A stretch of 63,456 nucleotides of DNA, the filler included, from Bonamia ostreae (taxonomy: Eukaryota), in the NCBI GenBank assembly GCA_040357525.1. It is 39 parts of 39 records of this genome, joined end to end, with 100 filler letters (N's around TTAATTAATTAA, not from the genome) between each part and the next. Parts side by side here need not be neighbours in the genome. Positions count along the whole stretch, not along the records: positions 9,842 to 11,378 come from JBDODL010001653.1; positions 11,479 to 13,014 come from JBDODL010001654.1; positions 13,115 to 14,650 come from JBDODL010001655.1; positions 14,751 to 16,285 come from JBDODL010001656.1; positions 16,386 to 17,920 come from JBDODL010001657.1; positions 18,021 to 19,555 come from JBDODL010001658.1; positions 19,656 to 21,190 come from JBDODL010001659.1; positions 21,291 to 22,825 come from JBDODL010001660.1; 31 more parts are not named here. The stretch is one strand, 5' to 3'. Below, in pieces: positions 9,742-23,322 of the stretch. Every line of letters starts with the position of its first letter. Within the stretch, counting starts at the first letter, position 1. The position numbers and the translations under genes were made by a program. The notes beneath the pieces were generated by a model. It did not search any database and was not told where the DNA came from. It saw only the letters and a list, made by a program, of their open reading frames with translations.

Positions 9742-12156
9742 NNNNNNNNNNNNNNNNNNNNNNNNNNNNNNNNNNNNNNNNNNNNTTAATTAATTAANNN
9801 NNNNNNNNNNNNNNNNNNNNNNNNNNNNNNNNNNNNNNNNNCATTTAACGACACTGTTGAGACACCCGTAGCATTCACTTATTTGTCAGTAGCTTGTCAC
9901 GATATCGAAACTCTTAGATTTTTAATTATTTTAATTATGATCAAGTCATGTTCATTATCATTTTATTTATCCATTATCATAAACCTTGGAATAAAGATGA
10001 TGAAATGTCAAGATATATGCATCTGTTAATATCCAATATTCGGTCATCATATGATGATTCGATTGCCCAAACAAATCGCTATTATTAATATTTTTCAGAA
10101 TTGGAAAAGCAGCTAAGAGGTATTGTTGTATTAATACTTTTTAATTAGATTTGTGTGCATAAGTTAAATTTCATTTCTAGAAAGTGTATGCAACCTACAT
10201 ATAAATGCTATAAAACATTGGACGTTGATTATGAATTAAGGTCAATGTGTTGTAATCTTAATTAAATATTCACAAAGCAATTTGAAGATTTATATATTGA
10301 AGTATATGCACTTGTTAGACTTGATTTTAGATTGCTAGAGAAAACAGGTATTTTAGTTGCAAAATTGCACTTTTTAAGACATTTTCATGCTATAGCATTG
10401 CACGAATTTCCTTTTTTAACAAGTATTTAAATGTTTGTTGTATTATAATCAGATGGATATGATATTAATCTTTTCATAATGCTTTTGTTAGTATTGAATT
10501 CAAAAATTTTTGTATTTGTAAACAGTTCCTAGCACATGGAAATTTGCTATTTTGTTCCATTTACCAATTTTTAGAATTTATTAAACGGATTAGTTTAACT
10601 ATGGATAAAAAACTTTACAACTTACAAATACGCAATCAGTCGTGGTCGTGTGCATTATGTTTGCACATGGTGAAATTAAATTTTCAATGATTATAATGTC
10701 ATTGTGTGACCACTTGAACATCACTGAATGTCATGCTCTACAATAAAGTAATTGTGCAGTAGTAATTCAGTGACCATGGGTAACTTTACAGAAAAAATCC
10801 ACTTTATCTAGTGCAACAACAGTGAAAGTATATAATTGTGACAAGAACAATTTTCTATACATGCTTACAGGTACACGCTGTAAAAATTTCAAAGGAATGA
10901 GAAATAATTTAGCAATCATCTACATGTAAAGTGCAATGGATCAAAACCAAAATAACAGAAATTCACAAACGAAGCATGCGAAATGTCGATGCATAAACAA
11001 AGGTTATGCAATGACATGTTCGAGATGAAAAGCATAGAAAGATACAGCAAATCGATGAATCGTTTTCTCTCTTGGATAAATGGCTGTATCTTCAATCTAG
11101 ATGTATATATTTACAAGATGTGAATGTGCTAATATATTTTATATCAATATGTAGTTTTAATTGGATGATTGTAAAGCAAAATTAAGTACAGGTCCTCGTC
11201 ATTAAAATGATATTGAGATACATGATGTGATATTACATTTTTAACAAAATACAAAAATACATACATGTATATGTTCGCGGCAAGGCAAGTTTATTCCTTG
11301 GGAATCACAAAAATGACTGATATCCAGACCTGAATATCGTTTATAATTGTCTATGTTATATTTTATTTGGCAGAATCCNNNNNNNNNNNNNNNNNNNNNN
11401 NNNNNNNNNNNNNNNNNNNNNNTTAATTAATTAANNNNNNNNNNNNNNNNNNNNNNNNNNNNNNNNNNNNNNNNNNNNCCTTTGGGATATTTGGGTAATC
11501 GGGTGGTAATAGTAGTGAGCAATGCAAACAGTACCACATTTAAATTAATTTTAATCAGCATTTCGGTTCAAAAGCTCTGATGACTTTGCGAAAAGATTTT
11601 AAAGTTAGATAATTAAAATCCCATTTCAATTTCAAATCGCGTGTCGTCAAAATCATATCCAAGGAACACACTTTACTTCTGAGTTGACATACTGGATGGG
11701 ATATTGTCTTTGCATATTGACTTCTCTGTTGGTATTTCCCATTTAAACTTTCCCATGTCAGGAAGATTTCCATTCTCTTTCCATGCACCTGATTGCCATC
11801 ATCAGTGTCTGGATGTCCATTGTCCATTTGATGTCTACATTCGGTTTTCACAAACATAGCAATATATCATAGTGAAAGTAATTACTCTTTCAGGTTCACA
11901 AGCCATTGTGGTGAGGGGACATTTAAATCGTTAGGCCAAAATACTGAAGGCGTTTTATACAACTCTTCCGGCGCAGGGAATTCTTTAGTTGAAAATCCTT
12001 TCCTTATTAGACATTTTTCTGATGTGCAGTGGACTCATCATCCAAATTTTAAGTGCAACGGCATTGTTATCAACAAGGAGGTAGCTGATATGTGCATTAT
12101 CGTTGGTTAGAGGATAAGGTGTAGTCTGAGGGAGTACCGAGGAGATCTATAGCTCC

Positions 12157-12270
12157 AGTATTTTCAGTCGCTGAATATCGCAGTGTTAATGCTAAGTTTA
12201 GTCCTGGTTCCAAAGCTTTCTGAAAAGACGTTCTTCTTTTCTCATTCCTGGGTCCCACTCGTTCTGGAAT
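12157..12270 (-). mobile_element. PIF/Harbinger transposase relic (host)
   Basis: Minus strand reads ERVGPRNEKRRTSFQKALEPGLNLALTLRYSATE, matching the Harbinger R.ALEPGLKLAITLRHLATG motif. The flanks are disrupted. Confidence 0.65.
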
Positions 12271-12647
12271 TCCTTTGAAGACGTGGTCAGTCTGTAGAAA
12301 ACGTCTCTACTTTAAGGCAATCTGCTTTGTGCTTCCGTGAGGCCAATCTGAATTAATCGTACAGTCGTACTAACACCGTTCTTACGTCGACTACGTAATG
12401 CATTGTAATGCTCCCCATCGCCTAAATCTTAAAGGGACATTTGCGAAGTTTCAGTTATCAGTTTGTCAACTTTCGCTTCGCACAACATCCTGTGTTCTCA
12501 AACTTCCCGGTAGATCGTCCAGTTTTCTGCGTATTCCATCTTATATGGATCGTCTTTTCCTAAACATTTTCACCAGATCGTTGGTCAGTTTTTTTATCTG
12601 TTTTTTTTTATTTCCATAGTGATCTGTCTTGTGGGTGGTGTTTTTTC

Positions 12648-12791
12648 ATCAGCATTTGAACAACGAATGGCCATTTCATTTGAAAGAATGTGTGCACAAT
12701 TTTTGCTTTTTCGTTAAATCAGCATTTGAACAACGAATGGCGAGTTTTTTTTTTCAAAGAATATGTGCACATTTTTTGCTTTTTCGTTAAA
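12648..12791. repeat. ~70-bp imperfect tandem duplication
   Basis: ATCAGCATTTGAACAACGAATGGC...GTGCACA..TTTTTGCTTTTT.CGTTAAAT occurs twice. Confidence 0.85.
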
Positions 12792-13114
12792 TAATTATGA
12801 AAATATAAAATCACTGCATATGTCATAGTATACTTGGTATACTAGGATGTAGTATTTTACCAAATTCTCATTATCATAAACATTACTGAATGCGCAGTTT
12901 TAATGTTTAACAACTTGCTGAAATTGATTAACAATCGAATGGAAAATTGGACAGTACTAATAATAACAATCTCTATTTTTAAAATCGGCCTTACAAACAA
13001 CAATGAACATTAGTNNNNNNNNNNNNNNNNNNNNNNNNNNNNNNNNNNNNNNNNNNNNTTAATTAATTAANNNNNNNNNNNNNNNNNNNNNNNNNNNNNN
13101 NNNNNNNNNNNNNN

Positions 13115-13532
13115 ATGTAAGACTTGTTCGTGTCGGAGATGGTGTAGTACTTTTTGTTGGAAATGTTGTAATGATTGTTGTTGGATTGGTTTTTGATGAC
13201 GCTGTAGATGCTGGTGGACTTGGTGCTCTTGTTGATGTTGAAGTACTTGTTGTAGATGTCTTCTTACTTAATGTAATCCTCATGTTCTGGCTATTTGACG
13301 TTCTTTTTGCCGGGTCGGTAAACGCACTTTGAGTTTTTGAACCACTTGATGTGTCCATGAATATGGTTGGTTCATGTGATTGAATTTTACTTAATTCTAC
13401 GTGAGTTATTGGTTTGAATGTTTTCATGGTCGTCATGTTACTTGCCATTGACATTTTTGATACTGTTGATGTCATCATTGTGAGCACTCCAAGTAGAACT
13501 GAAAAGATAATTGTACTGAAAGATAATTTCAT
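13115..13532 (-). CDS. Secreted Ser/Thr-rich mucin-like protein, N-terminal part (host)
   Basis: Signal peptide MKLSFSTIIFSVLLGVLT followed by T/S/P-rich low-complexity sequence that runs off the contig. Confidence 0.55.
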
Positions 13533-16440
13533 TATTATAATAGATAACCATCAAAATTCGTACAAGTAATAACATACATACAAAAACTCATTTCGTTACT
13601 TGCTTATTATTTGTCACTGAAATTGAATATTTGATTCTTTTATTGTCACTGCTATCGTATAAACTCTTCCATGAAATGCAAAATTTTATTGGTTATTGAT
13701 ATCCTGTAAACTCTTACATAAACTGTAGGATATAATTGATTATGGTATATTGTAGAATCACGATCAGTTATCAGTAAAGACATTTCGATTGTCGGAGTTC
13801 AATAAATTTTCTTTTTAGCAAAAAACCTTTTAAAACTTTGTAATGGTTAAATTTTAGGAAGGTGATGCTATTGTGTATTTTATGGATTCATCTCAAGTTG
13901 CCCATCAACCTAAGCCACAATGTCAATGTCACAAACTATAGATTAACTTTACATCCAATGATTCAAATTCAATGAATATTAAAAAAAAGAATAAAAAAGT
14001 GTAATTGTGATAGGGTCAAATTCGATAGGCCACAGAAAACCACTAAAAAACGTGCAGCCTAGCTATTACGCGTGATATCACAGATCATACAATGTACCGT
14101 TCCGCTTCCCTTGTTTCAAATCAAATATCAAGTAATATCACCCGACATGCATAATAGATTAATTCTGCACGTATAATTGAAATCGACTGGATATTAAGTC
14201 ATTGACATATTCATTTCAAAACTTTTTTCATATACTTGTTACACAGTAATCGTCACTTATAAACGACGAAATTTCAAAGATTAAAATTTCAGTATGCAGC
14301 AAAAGAGACCAATTTGTCAAGACGATAAAACTATATAGATATCTTAATTCATATTGATTTCATGTATGACTTTATGAATAAGATCAAAATATCATAATTT
14401 ACTCGAAAAAATGTTTTCTATTGAGATATTCATAGACTATTGACTGAATATCGAGAAAAGTATGCCTGCCAAGATCACCGTGCGGTAAAGTAAAGTCTAA
14501 GCTTGCGAGGTCCGCTTTCCGGTAGAGACCAAGGGTGTACAAAGGATGATATGGTTTTGCTCAAGGAATCGACATATACAGTGAGATTCAGAATTCCGTC
14601 AAAAGAGCTTTCAATTTGGGGTCACCTTTTGCCTATATGCACTCAGATATNNNNNNNNNNNNNNNNNNNNNNNNNNNNNNNNNNNNNNNNNNNNTTAATT
14701 AATTAANNNNNNNNNNNNNNNNNNNNNNNNNNNNNNNNNNNNNNNNNNNNAAAGTTGAAATATATTACCCTTCCCTACGTAACTCTATACAAATGTCCCC
14801 GGTGTTTTAGATTTAATTGAGAAATTACAATAATAGATTACATTCCATGTGATAAATTGTAATCGTTTTACTTATAGTTTTATGAACTTTACTTAATATT
14901 TGTATAATGTTTTAAGAAAAATGTAGCAAGTGTTGTTAAAGAATCGTTCGACAACCACATGTAAAACTTTGTAGCTTGACATTTGCAGGAGCACGACAGG
15001 TACTTAGATAAGAAAAATAATCATACATCGTGAGGAAATCGACTGGAACAACACTGATAATATAAGAAAACGAAATAAATAAAAGACATTTTTATTAGAA
15101 CTAAGATGAATTCGTCTTCTCATAATTAGTAATGCGTTTGATTTGAACAAAACAAAAAACGCCTCTGAATTGCAAATGTCATTTATTATAAAGTACTGTT
15201 CATGAATGATAATCATACACATACAAAAACATCACTTACAGTGCACTAGTATAACAATATACAACAATAAAATATCTGTGCAGAAAGCATATCTAGTAAG
15301 TATAAATCTATAGATAAAAATGACAAACATTGTTAGTTTATGCTCCGTATACACAAATAAAGATGTTTTCAACTATACCGTATGTAAGGTAATCCCATAT
15401 GTGTCTAATCAGTTATCAAATTTATCTTATTCGAAATGAACCAGTGTAAATGGAAATGTTTGATAGCCCCGTACCCTTTATTTCATACCATACATACAGT
15501 GGGTATAGAATTTACTCTAATTGATCCAGGGTATGGGTACTTGATGGAACGTCTTCTGAATTTCTTTTGTTAGACAAAGGTAGGTTAACAATTATTTCAA
15601 TTTTGTAGTTGAACTTGAGCAATCAAAATTTTGAGATAATTTTAGAGTTTTGTTCTTTCTGTTGAATATCATTCGTGAAATCAATCAATTTGCTTAATAT
15701 TCAAATGAACTGATACCATTCGCGCGGTAATACCGATACTTAGTGTAAATAATCTGCCTATTCTCATACGAATTTTGTCTTTCTGAGTATGTGTCCTTTT
15801 GGCCTTTCTAACACTTCGTTTACATGTATCGTTAGTTAGTACTGAATGACGTCATATTTCAACCAATCTAAATATCATGTACTTACTGTCACATTCGATA
15901 AATGATTTTCTGAATACGTTAATAAATGCACACGGATAATATTACCATAAATTATGGATTTGATTATCTCATATGCATAAAAATACTTATTCACAGATCC
16001 AGTAAACATACAATCAATCCACAGGTCAAAAACCTCAATACTGAATAATACAATTAAAAATATGATAATGAGTGTCAAATCAGTTCTGATTAAATACACA
16101 CTGTTATTCGTTGTTTCTGGTAATGAAAGAATTGGTTCATCAGATGAAGATGGTGGTATAATTGTGAAAATTCATATCCGCCTTTCAATCTTACAACCAT
16201 AAACAATGTGTGTTTGTTTTCAATCCCCACGTCCTTTATTTTCTTATGCACTTCTTCTTGATCTACTAGTTTTTCTTTTCCACCGNNNNNNNNNNNNNNN
16301 NNNNNNNNNNNNNNNNNNNNNNNNNNNNNTTAATTAATTAANNNNNNNNNNNNNNNNNNNNNNNNNNNNNNNNNNNNNNNNNNNNATTTTTAGATTTTTT
16401 TTTTTTGTTGTTTAAATATGTAAAAATTATATATTGCAAA

Positions 16441-17624
16441 CCTGGAAAAATTCATTTATCAGACCGCCTTCATCAACGCCGATTTCTTTGCAAAAAACGA
16501 TTTTTAGCGATTTTTTTAATTGTTTTGTTTTGTAGTTCTCCAACTTTTAAATCAAAATTTAACCATTTTGCCATAATTTACTTTCAAAAATTAACCATTT
16601 TACCAAAATTTAATTCAAAAATAACAACAAAAAACAAATCTCAAAGTATCCGCGATAACATGTTCTCTGCAAACAACAAAATAGCAATATCGTGAAAGAT
16701 GCGAATCGAAGTCAAATTGGTTTCTTTCTTCAATATCAAAATCGATTTCATTTATCCCATTATTCTCGATCGAGTTCGCAACAGAACTCACCGAATTTGC
16801 AACAATCGAAGAATTTGCAGAGACCTCAAATTCCTCTGGTTCGAGCAGTTCTCTCTCCGTCGGCGGAAAGGCGATCGGAACTTCGTAATTCATCGATTCG
16901 TAGTCGTTTATCAATCTCAATGGCACTCTCTGGTTGTCTTCGCGCTCACGGTCAATTCCATAATTGTTTCCGTCACCGTTGCCACCAACAGCATTTCCGT
17001 TGCTGTTATCGTTCTCGTTTAGAACGATATTATTAAAATTGCTGTCGAAATTATATTGACGCTGCAACGAGAACTCGGAAAGATCGGACAAAATGGCTTC
17101 GTTTTGCTCTTTGGTGTTTTCAGTCGCGAGCAAAAACTGTTTTGTGTCGGTGTTCAATATCCATTTGAAATGGGGTCGAATCGAAGTTTTGATTTTGCTT
17201 TGGAGGTCGATATTGTCGGGATTGAGATGGAATTTTAGAGATTCGCACAGAGAATCGTTTTTGAAAATGGAAGGATTTTCGGGTTTGGATCTGTGCAGCA
17301 AATTGAGGATTTGGATCGGCGAGTTGATTTTTTGGATGTCAAAGTTGTGGTTCATTTGAATACAAGTTGACTATTTTTTGAAAATTTTGCGGTGAAACAA
17401 ATTTTAGTTAAAAAAACTGAAATATGTTGCTGTACAGAGTGTACAATCCTTTCAAACGATTTTTGTTTATAAACGGAAAAATTTTTTGCAAATTCTTCCA
17501 AAGACGATTTTTTGAGACTCGCGAAGAAGTCGAAAAAATCGTTTATTATTAAATGGCTTTCTTGTTCTCCACATAATTTTTCAAATGATGGCGATTCCAA
17601 TATTAAGATCAGAATTCTTTTCAC
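16441..17624 (-). CDS. HECT E3 ubiquitin ligase (HERC3-6/UBE3A-like), internal fragment
   Basis: KWILNTDTKQFLL...FVVCREHVIADTL, then a downstream exon (~16441-16542) LENYKTKQLKKSLKIVFCKEIGVDEGGLINEFFQ, which is the start of a HECT domain. Confidence 0.85.
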
Positions 17625-18020
17625 TTTTGAAGAATTTTTTGTCTGACATTTGACTTTTTTTTATTATTGAACAAAATTTTATTATGAAAATTATTTATTT
17701 GAGACTTGCATTGGAAAGAAGATTTTTGATTATTTGTCGAAATCGCTCAGTGAGAGAGTTTTTGACATCATTAAAATCTAATTTTTCAATTTTATCAAAA
17801 ATTTCTCTGATTCCGAACAGATTTAATCCAAAGAATATTTTTTTTGATTTGTTCTTTTTTATATTTTTTATTTGAGTTTGTTTATTAAAATGTCAAAAAT
17901 ATTAAATTTATTTTCGAAAANNNNNNNNNNNNNNNNNNNNNNNNNNNNNNNNNNNNNNNNNNNNTTAATTAATTAANNNNNNNNNNNNNNNNNNNNNNNN
18001 NNNNNNNNNNNNNNNNNNNN

Positions 18021-18353
18021 AACGATGTCATTCTCAACATATCCCCAGAAACCGTGATCAACCACAAAAACAACAGAGAAATCGAGCAACACCTCAAAAA
18101 ACTCAATTTCCGGTCGAACGATTTTGAGTGTTCTCCATTTTCCGTAAAAAGTGGCGATTTCGTGTTGTTTAATCTCGCCGCTGAAAAAGCGACAGAGAGA
18201 TTAAGGGCGACAAAAATTAGATTGTTGCCAAAATTGGGGACAATTAAGTCTTTACCCGAATTAAATGGCTTTGGGGAATTGCAAGATTATTTTAGCCGAG
18301 AGTTTTTTGATTTTAAAGAGGTTTTTCTGAATTTGCAAATCGCTTTTATCTAA
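18021..18353 (+). CDS. Cold-shock (OB-fold) domain protein, CSDE1/UNR-like, 5' partial
   Basis: LNFRSNDF...VKSGDFVLFNLAAEKATERLRATKIRLL parallels the UNR CSD pattern GD.V.FNI.TD.....RATNI. Confidence 0.6.
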   Translation, partial: NDVILNISPETVINHKNNREIEQHLKKLNFRSNDFECSPFSVKSGDFVLFNLAAEKATERLRATKIRLLPKLGTIKSLPELNGFGELQDYFSREFFDFKEVFLNLQIAFI

Positions 18354-18833
18354 TTTTTGTCCTTTTTTACATTTCAAAAAAGAGTGGCTTTTCAACTGGT
18401 GCAAAAGTGATATTTGAAGTGTCACCAAGCAAAAACCAGTCAAATAACAAAAGAGAAGCGATAAAACTGCGAAAAGAAAATTATTTGATTTTAGAAAAAG
18501 GCTTTTACGAAGGATATGTGAAGGAAATTGTATCCAAAAAAACTTCTGAAGTGTCATTGATAAATGTAAATGATTTATAAATACCTTTTTTGTGATTTAA
18601 AAATTGCAATTTTTTAGTTTTTTAACCGGTAATAAATCATGTCTCAAAAACTATTCAAAAATTAATGGTCAAATTTTTGCAAATTGCACAATATTTTGCA
18701 TAAAACAACTGTTAATTTTACCATTTGAAAATTTATTGACCGAAAAATCTGCAAAAATTATTTTGTAAATTTAAAAGAACATTGTCATTAATTTAAAACG
18801 ATCTATCAATTTAATGGGCACAAATACATAATT

Positions 18834-19289
18834 TTAATAGTATTTAAGTTTATTTTCCTCGACATCTCTAGAAAAACACATTCCCTTTTTCGATATAATG
18901 TGCACGATGTAGATAATTATTGTGTTCGGAAACACGTCAAGTACCTTAAAATGAATATCTGGAAAACTGTTGAAAGTCGATCAAAGAAAAAGTCTGTCAT
19001 CATCATTAACGAGATGATTTCTGCCGGAACATCGATTCCGACCATTTTTCCGTAAAATGGCAGGTTGAGAACAGATCCAGCAGGAATTGGAGGCGTTGTT
19101 ACGGAGAAAAACGTCGAAACCAAAACCAACAGGATTTTACTGGAAACAGGAAATCGTTGCTTATAGATGTGTGCGGTAAAGGAGATCACCATTACGTTGT
19201 AAGCAGTTGTTCCATTTATTTGGAGCATGAAAGCTAGTGGCACAAGAGCATTTGATAAAGTGTCTGAAACACCCATTTTTTTAGATGCG
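18834..19289 (-). CDS. SLC1/DAACS (dicarboxylate/amino acid:cation symporter) family protein, C-terminal TM7-HP2-TM8
   Basis: VPLAFMLQINGTTAY aligns to PLGATINMDGTALY. HP2 reads TTPPIPAG. Removing the 23-nt intron 18945-18967 gives TM8 DFFFDRLSTVLDVFPN. Stop at 18834-18836. Confidence 0.8.
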
Positions 19290-19879
19290 CTTTGAAAATG
19301 TTTAAATTATCGTAAAAATGAGTTAAATTGAAGAAAACAAATTAAAATGGCAAAAAAATTTAATTGGAGCAAAAAAGGCGAATAAAATTATTAAAATAAC
19401 AAAAAATTTTAATTTTACTAAAAAAGGCGAATAAAATTATTAAAATGACAAAATATTAAATTGTAAAAAAGCGAATAAAAATATTAAAATGACAAAAAAA
19501 TTTAAACTGTTGCAAAAAAATGAGTTTAAAAAATGGCGAAGAAAAAAAGATATAANNNNNNNNNNNNNNNNNNNNNNNNNNNNNNNNNNNNNNNNNNNNT
19601 TAATTAATTAANNNNNNNNNNNNNNNNNNNNNNNNNNNNNNNNNNNNNNNNNNNNCCATTATGTCAATTTTTTTATAAAACTGAAGATTGTCTGCTCTAA
19701 TATTCGCCAAACATCTCTTATGTAAGAGTAGGTCTAGATTGCTAAAATGGCGTGCAAAACAGATCAACGAAGTTAATGCAGTTAGAAGCACTCATACAAG
19801 AATAAAATAAAAAAAATAAATCCTTAAAGCCACATTTTATTCAAATCGCATATAAAATTATCTAAGAAAAGCTTAAATA

Positions 19880-20867
19880 ATGGCCATCCGCAAACTCTAC
19901 GAACCAGAAAAAAACGACAATTACACAGACAAAACATTTATCGATAAAGTCGATAAAATGGCCGCCATGAAAACTCCCGGACATTTCAGTTACATTATAT
20001 TGGCCTACAAATTTGACAAAGTAGTGCAACAAATATCTTCTGTTTTCGCCACCATTTTATTGTTCGATTTTGTTTCGAAAAATAGAAAAATTTTGGCTTT
20101 TGGACATTACAAAATTCTAGCGACCGAATTCGCCGCAATGGCTTCATTTTATTTCTTCTTTGTCCATTTTTGGAACATTCCAAAATTGCAAACATGTTTC
20201 ATTAAAGTCGGCAATTTTTAAGCTCATTTTGTTGAAATGTTTGTTTTTCATCTTTTGTTAGCCATTTTTACGCCGATTCTCAAAAATCTGACTTTTTATT
20301 ATTCCGATTCCGCCATTTGGTCTTTAGTCTCATTTTGTTTTGTCACAAATGTCGTTTTTCATGAATACGCCAAATTTGCCAGAATTGATGGTCCCGAAGG
20401 ACTATTGTCTGTTCCTCTTACTTTATCTGAAGCCACAAGTCTCAATGCAGCCATTTCCGGGTGTGTTATATTGTCTTCAAGATTGGACAGCAACTCGGAT
20501 GTCATTTTCTTCTTGACTTTGGCTTTCCAGATTTTCGTTTTCAGTCCAATTTTCTTCCGAATTTTGCGAGTTTTTAAAATATCGAAATTTTAAATAACGC
20601 AAAAGTGGTCAATATTAAATTTTGCAACACAAAAGAAAAAATCGAAAACGACGGAACTGGTTGTAACGGCTGTAATATCATTGGCGCTAATTAAATTTTT
20701 GCATTTGCGGAAATTGGAGAAAATTTTATTTTTTTACATTTCAATTCTCTTTGTTGTTTTTGTCATTTGCCCAATAATATTCTTCCATTTAAACAAACAA
20801 AAAGAGTTTTTTTTAGTTATTTGACAGAGTTTTTGAAGATGACAGATTTCCCGTTTTATTAAATTGA
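19880..20867 (+). CDS. PIGC: GPI-GlcNAc transferase subunit PIG-C/GPI2, 4 exons
   Basis: Motifs RKLYE...DNYTDKTF, FTPILKNLT..YSDSAIW, FHEY, SLNAAISGCVILSSRL and FVICP. Introns at 20196-20222, 20570-20605 (or 20635) and 20806-20827. Confidence 0.88.
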
Positions 20868-22925
20868 AATTTTTTTTGTAAATAAAGATTAATTTATTTT
20901 TCTCAACTTTGTTTTAATTGCGACAGTTCGTTTTTGATGATCAATTGTTTTAACGCTTTATCCATTTAAAGGCGAAATTTTGTAATTTAAAGGCAAAATT
21001 TTGTTTTTTTAAAAACGTTAAAATTGAGGTTAAATCAGCAATTTTATTGACAAAAAGACAAATTTAAAATAGATTTATTTTCTTTTAAATCAATGATATC
21101 AATCAAATCACTTTTTCTTAAAACAGCCATTTTGACTATTCCGATCGGTGTTATCAAGTTTTTAACTAAAAACTCTGTTTGTTTGCCATTNNNNNNNNNN
21201 NNNNNNNNNNNNNNNNNNNNNNNNNNNNNNNNNNTTAATTAATTAANNNNNNNNNNNNNNNNNNNNNNNNNNNNNNNNNNNNNNNNNNNNAGCTTTTTCT
21301 ACCCTTCCATCTCCCCATACATAAAACACATTGGTGAACATAGTTGAGTCTTTGGTAGAAAAACAAATATATTCCATATTCTCAAATGCGTTTAATGTTT
21401 ATCTTTTTGACAAAAAAATCTGAAATAAACTTTTTAATATAATATTTATTTTTAACAAAAGAGTAGAAGGGTTTTACTACACATACTTTTGAAGATTGAA
21501 AAACTATTTAAATATCTGTAACGTCACAGGGCGTTTTATAATTTTAACGGATACCTTAGGTTCTTGGCATTGATATCTCTTTTATCAAGAATCAAACAAT
21601 TGCCTTGGAGTTGCGTTAAAAAGACAATGCATAGCAGTCGTATTTTAAAGACAAAAGCATGAACGACAACATTTATGCATCTTTGAAACTGTTCAGTCTA
21701 GTTAAATGACGTGTAAAGTCCGAACTGAATTAAACCCTGTCCGAATTTAGCAAATGTATCAAATCATGGTGGATATCTAGAATGGTGGACCTCCTGAGAG
21801 TACGGGTGTCAATATATCGATATCATCTAAAGGTCATATTTCATTTCCAATAAAACAATTAAATACAAGATCCCAAACTTAATAATGCACTCCCTTAGAG
21901 AAAATACAATCATATGACATATACGTCTGATAAAGGGGACAGATAAACCTTGAAATTATCATTATGTTTATCACTTACATTTCAACAATGTTATATTCGT
22001 GCACTAGTTTCAAGTAAAATTAGAACAACCCTAGCATGCATCTCTTTTAGCAAGGATTTCAAGTATAATTGAATGTCAACATTTCGGAAATTTGATGGAC
22101 TTTATAATAATCATAGGTCTACTGTACTTTGCCCTGTTCTAAACCAATTGCTTGACCGTTCTTTACCTACCAAATTTAAGTGAGGATTATTCATTTTACG
22201 TTATCGGTACATTAGGTCCACGGCTGATATGACAAGTCAACAGATGCTGCATGCTCTTCGTAGGTTCTTGATCCCACCTTTGTGTTTATCCTATTCTTCA
22301 TTTGCTTTCGTTTTAAATGTTTTAGATCGATAAATGCTTGTAGTCGTCGCCTTTTCTGAACAATAACAACACTCTTGTTATATTCCTCTTCTAAAATTCT
22401 TCATCTGACAATAACAATCGAGCTTAAATAGAATTATGCGTGTTATATTTGAAAGACGATTTCCTTCCTTAAAATGATGGGGTGCTTTCTGTATGTTTCA
22501 AATGCGTATATTTTTGAACTGTTAATTGTTTTTTCTTGCAGGGTTCTTCTCGAGTTCTATCTGCAACCATCTCGCAGTATGAATCGAATTTGAATATTTC
22601 TAAAGAACAAAAAGGTACATTGCATAATTACGTGGACTTTGATTAAATATTTGATAGTAGGGAGTATGTTTTTTTCTTCATTAGACTGGAACCACATCTA
22701 ATACATAACCATATCATTAGTCATACATATATTACACGAATTAAAACTACAAATTTAACTTTGTTTTCACTAGAATTTGACCATTCATTCAAAATATTGA
22801 ATTTATGATTCTGAGCTCTCTCTTTNNNNNNNNNNNNNNNNNNNNNNNNNNNNNNNNNNNNNNNNNNNNTTAATTAATTAANNNNNNNNNNNNNNNNNNN
22901 NNNNNNNNNNNNNNNNNNNNNNNNN

Positions 22926-23258
22926 GTTTTTATCGAGTAGAGATCTCTTGTTGGAACTCTTTTTGTTCTCCTTATTCCGCGTTCTTGGCTTCATAACAAC
23001 AATTTTCTTCGATTTATCCAAATCTGTAAATTTCGGTCTCTCTTCCAAATCAATTTCTGGTCTTTGAATCTTTGAATTTTAAAAAATTACTTTTCCAAAA
23101 TTTTGGAATCTTTGCCTCGCCATTTTTGTATCGATAAAGCTAGTTTTTAATATATCAATATCAAAATCCGGATTCGGTTTTAGATTTGTTAATGGCTTTG
23201 AACGATTTAACTGCAAATGTGAATCATTGAAGTTTTCGTCGTCTTCTAGAACATCCAT
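22926..23258 (-). CDS. Protist hypothetical protein, 3' partial
   Basis: MDVLEDDENF... stays open to the contig end once the stop-containing 21-nt intron 23070-23090 is removed. Confidence 0.55.
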
Positions 23259-23322
23259 TCTTTATAAACTATTTTATGAAAAGCTTTAATCTTTTATCCA
23301 ACCATTTTAAGCTCAAAATTTC

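Noticed and set aside
20219-20221. In-frame stops inside genes (TAA 20219, TAA in 23070-23090, TGA 46376), suggesting stop-codon reassignment or readthrough
   Set aside because: Each lies within a GT-AG segment of 3n length that matches the other tiny introns, and TAA/TGA end genes at the expected C-termini (CIAO2B, DPM3, UTP4).
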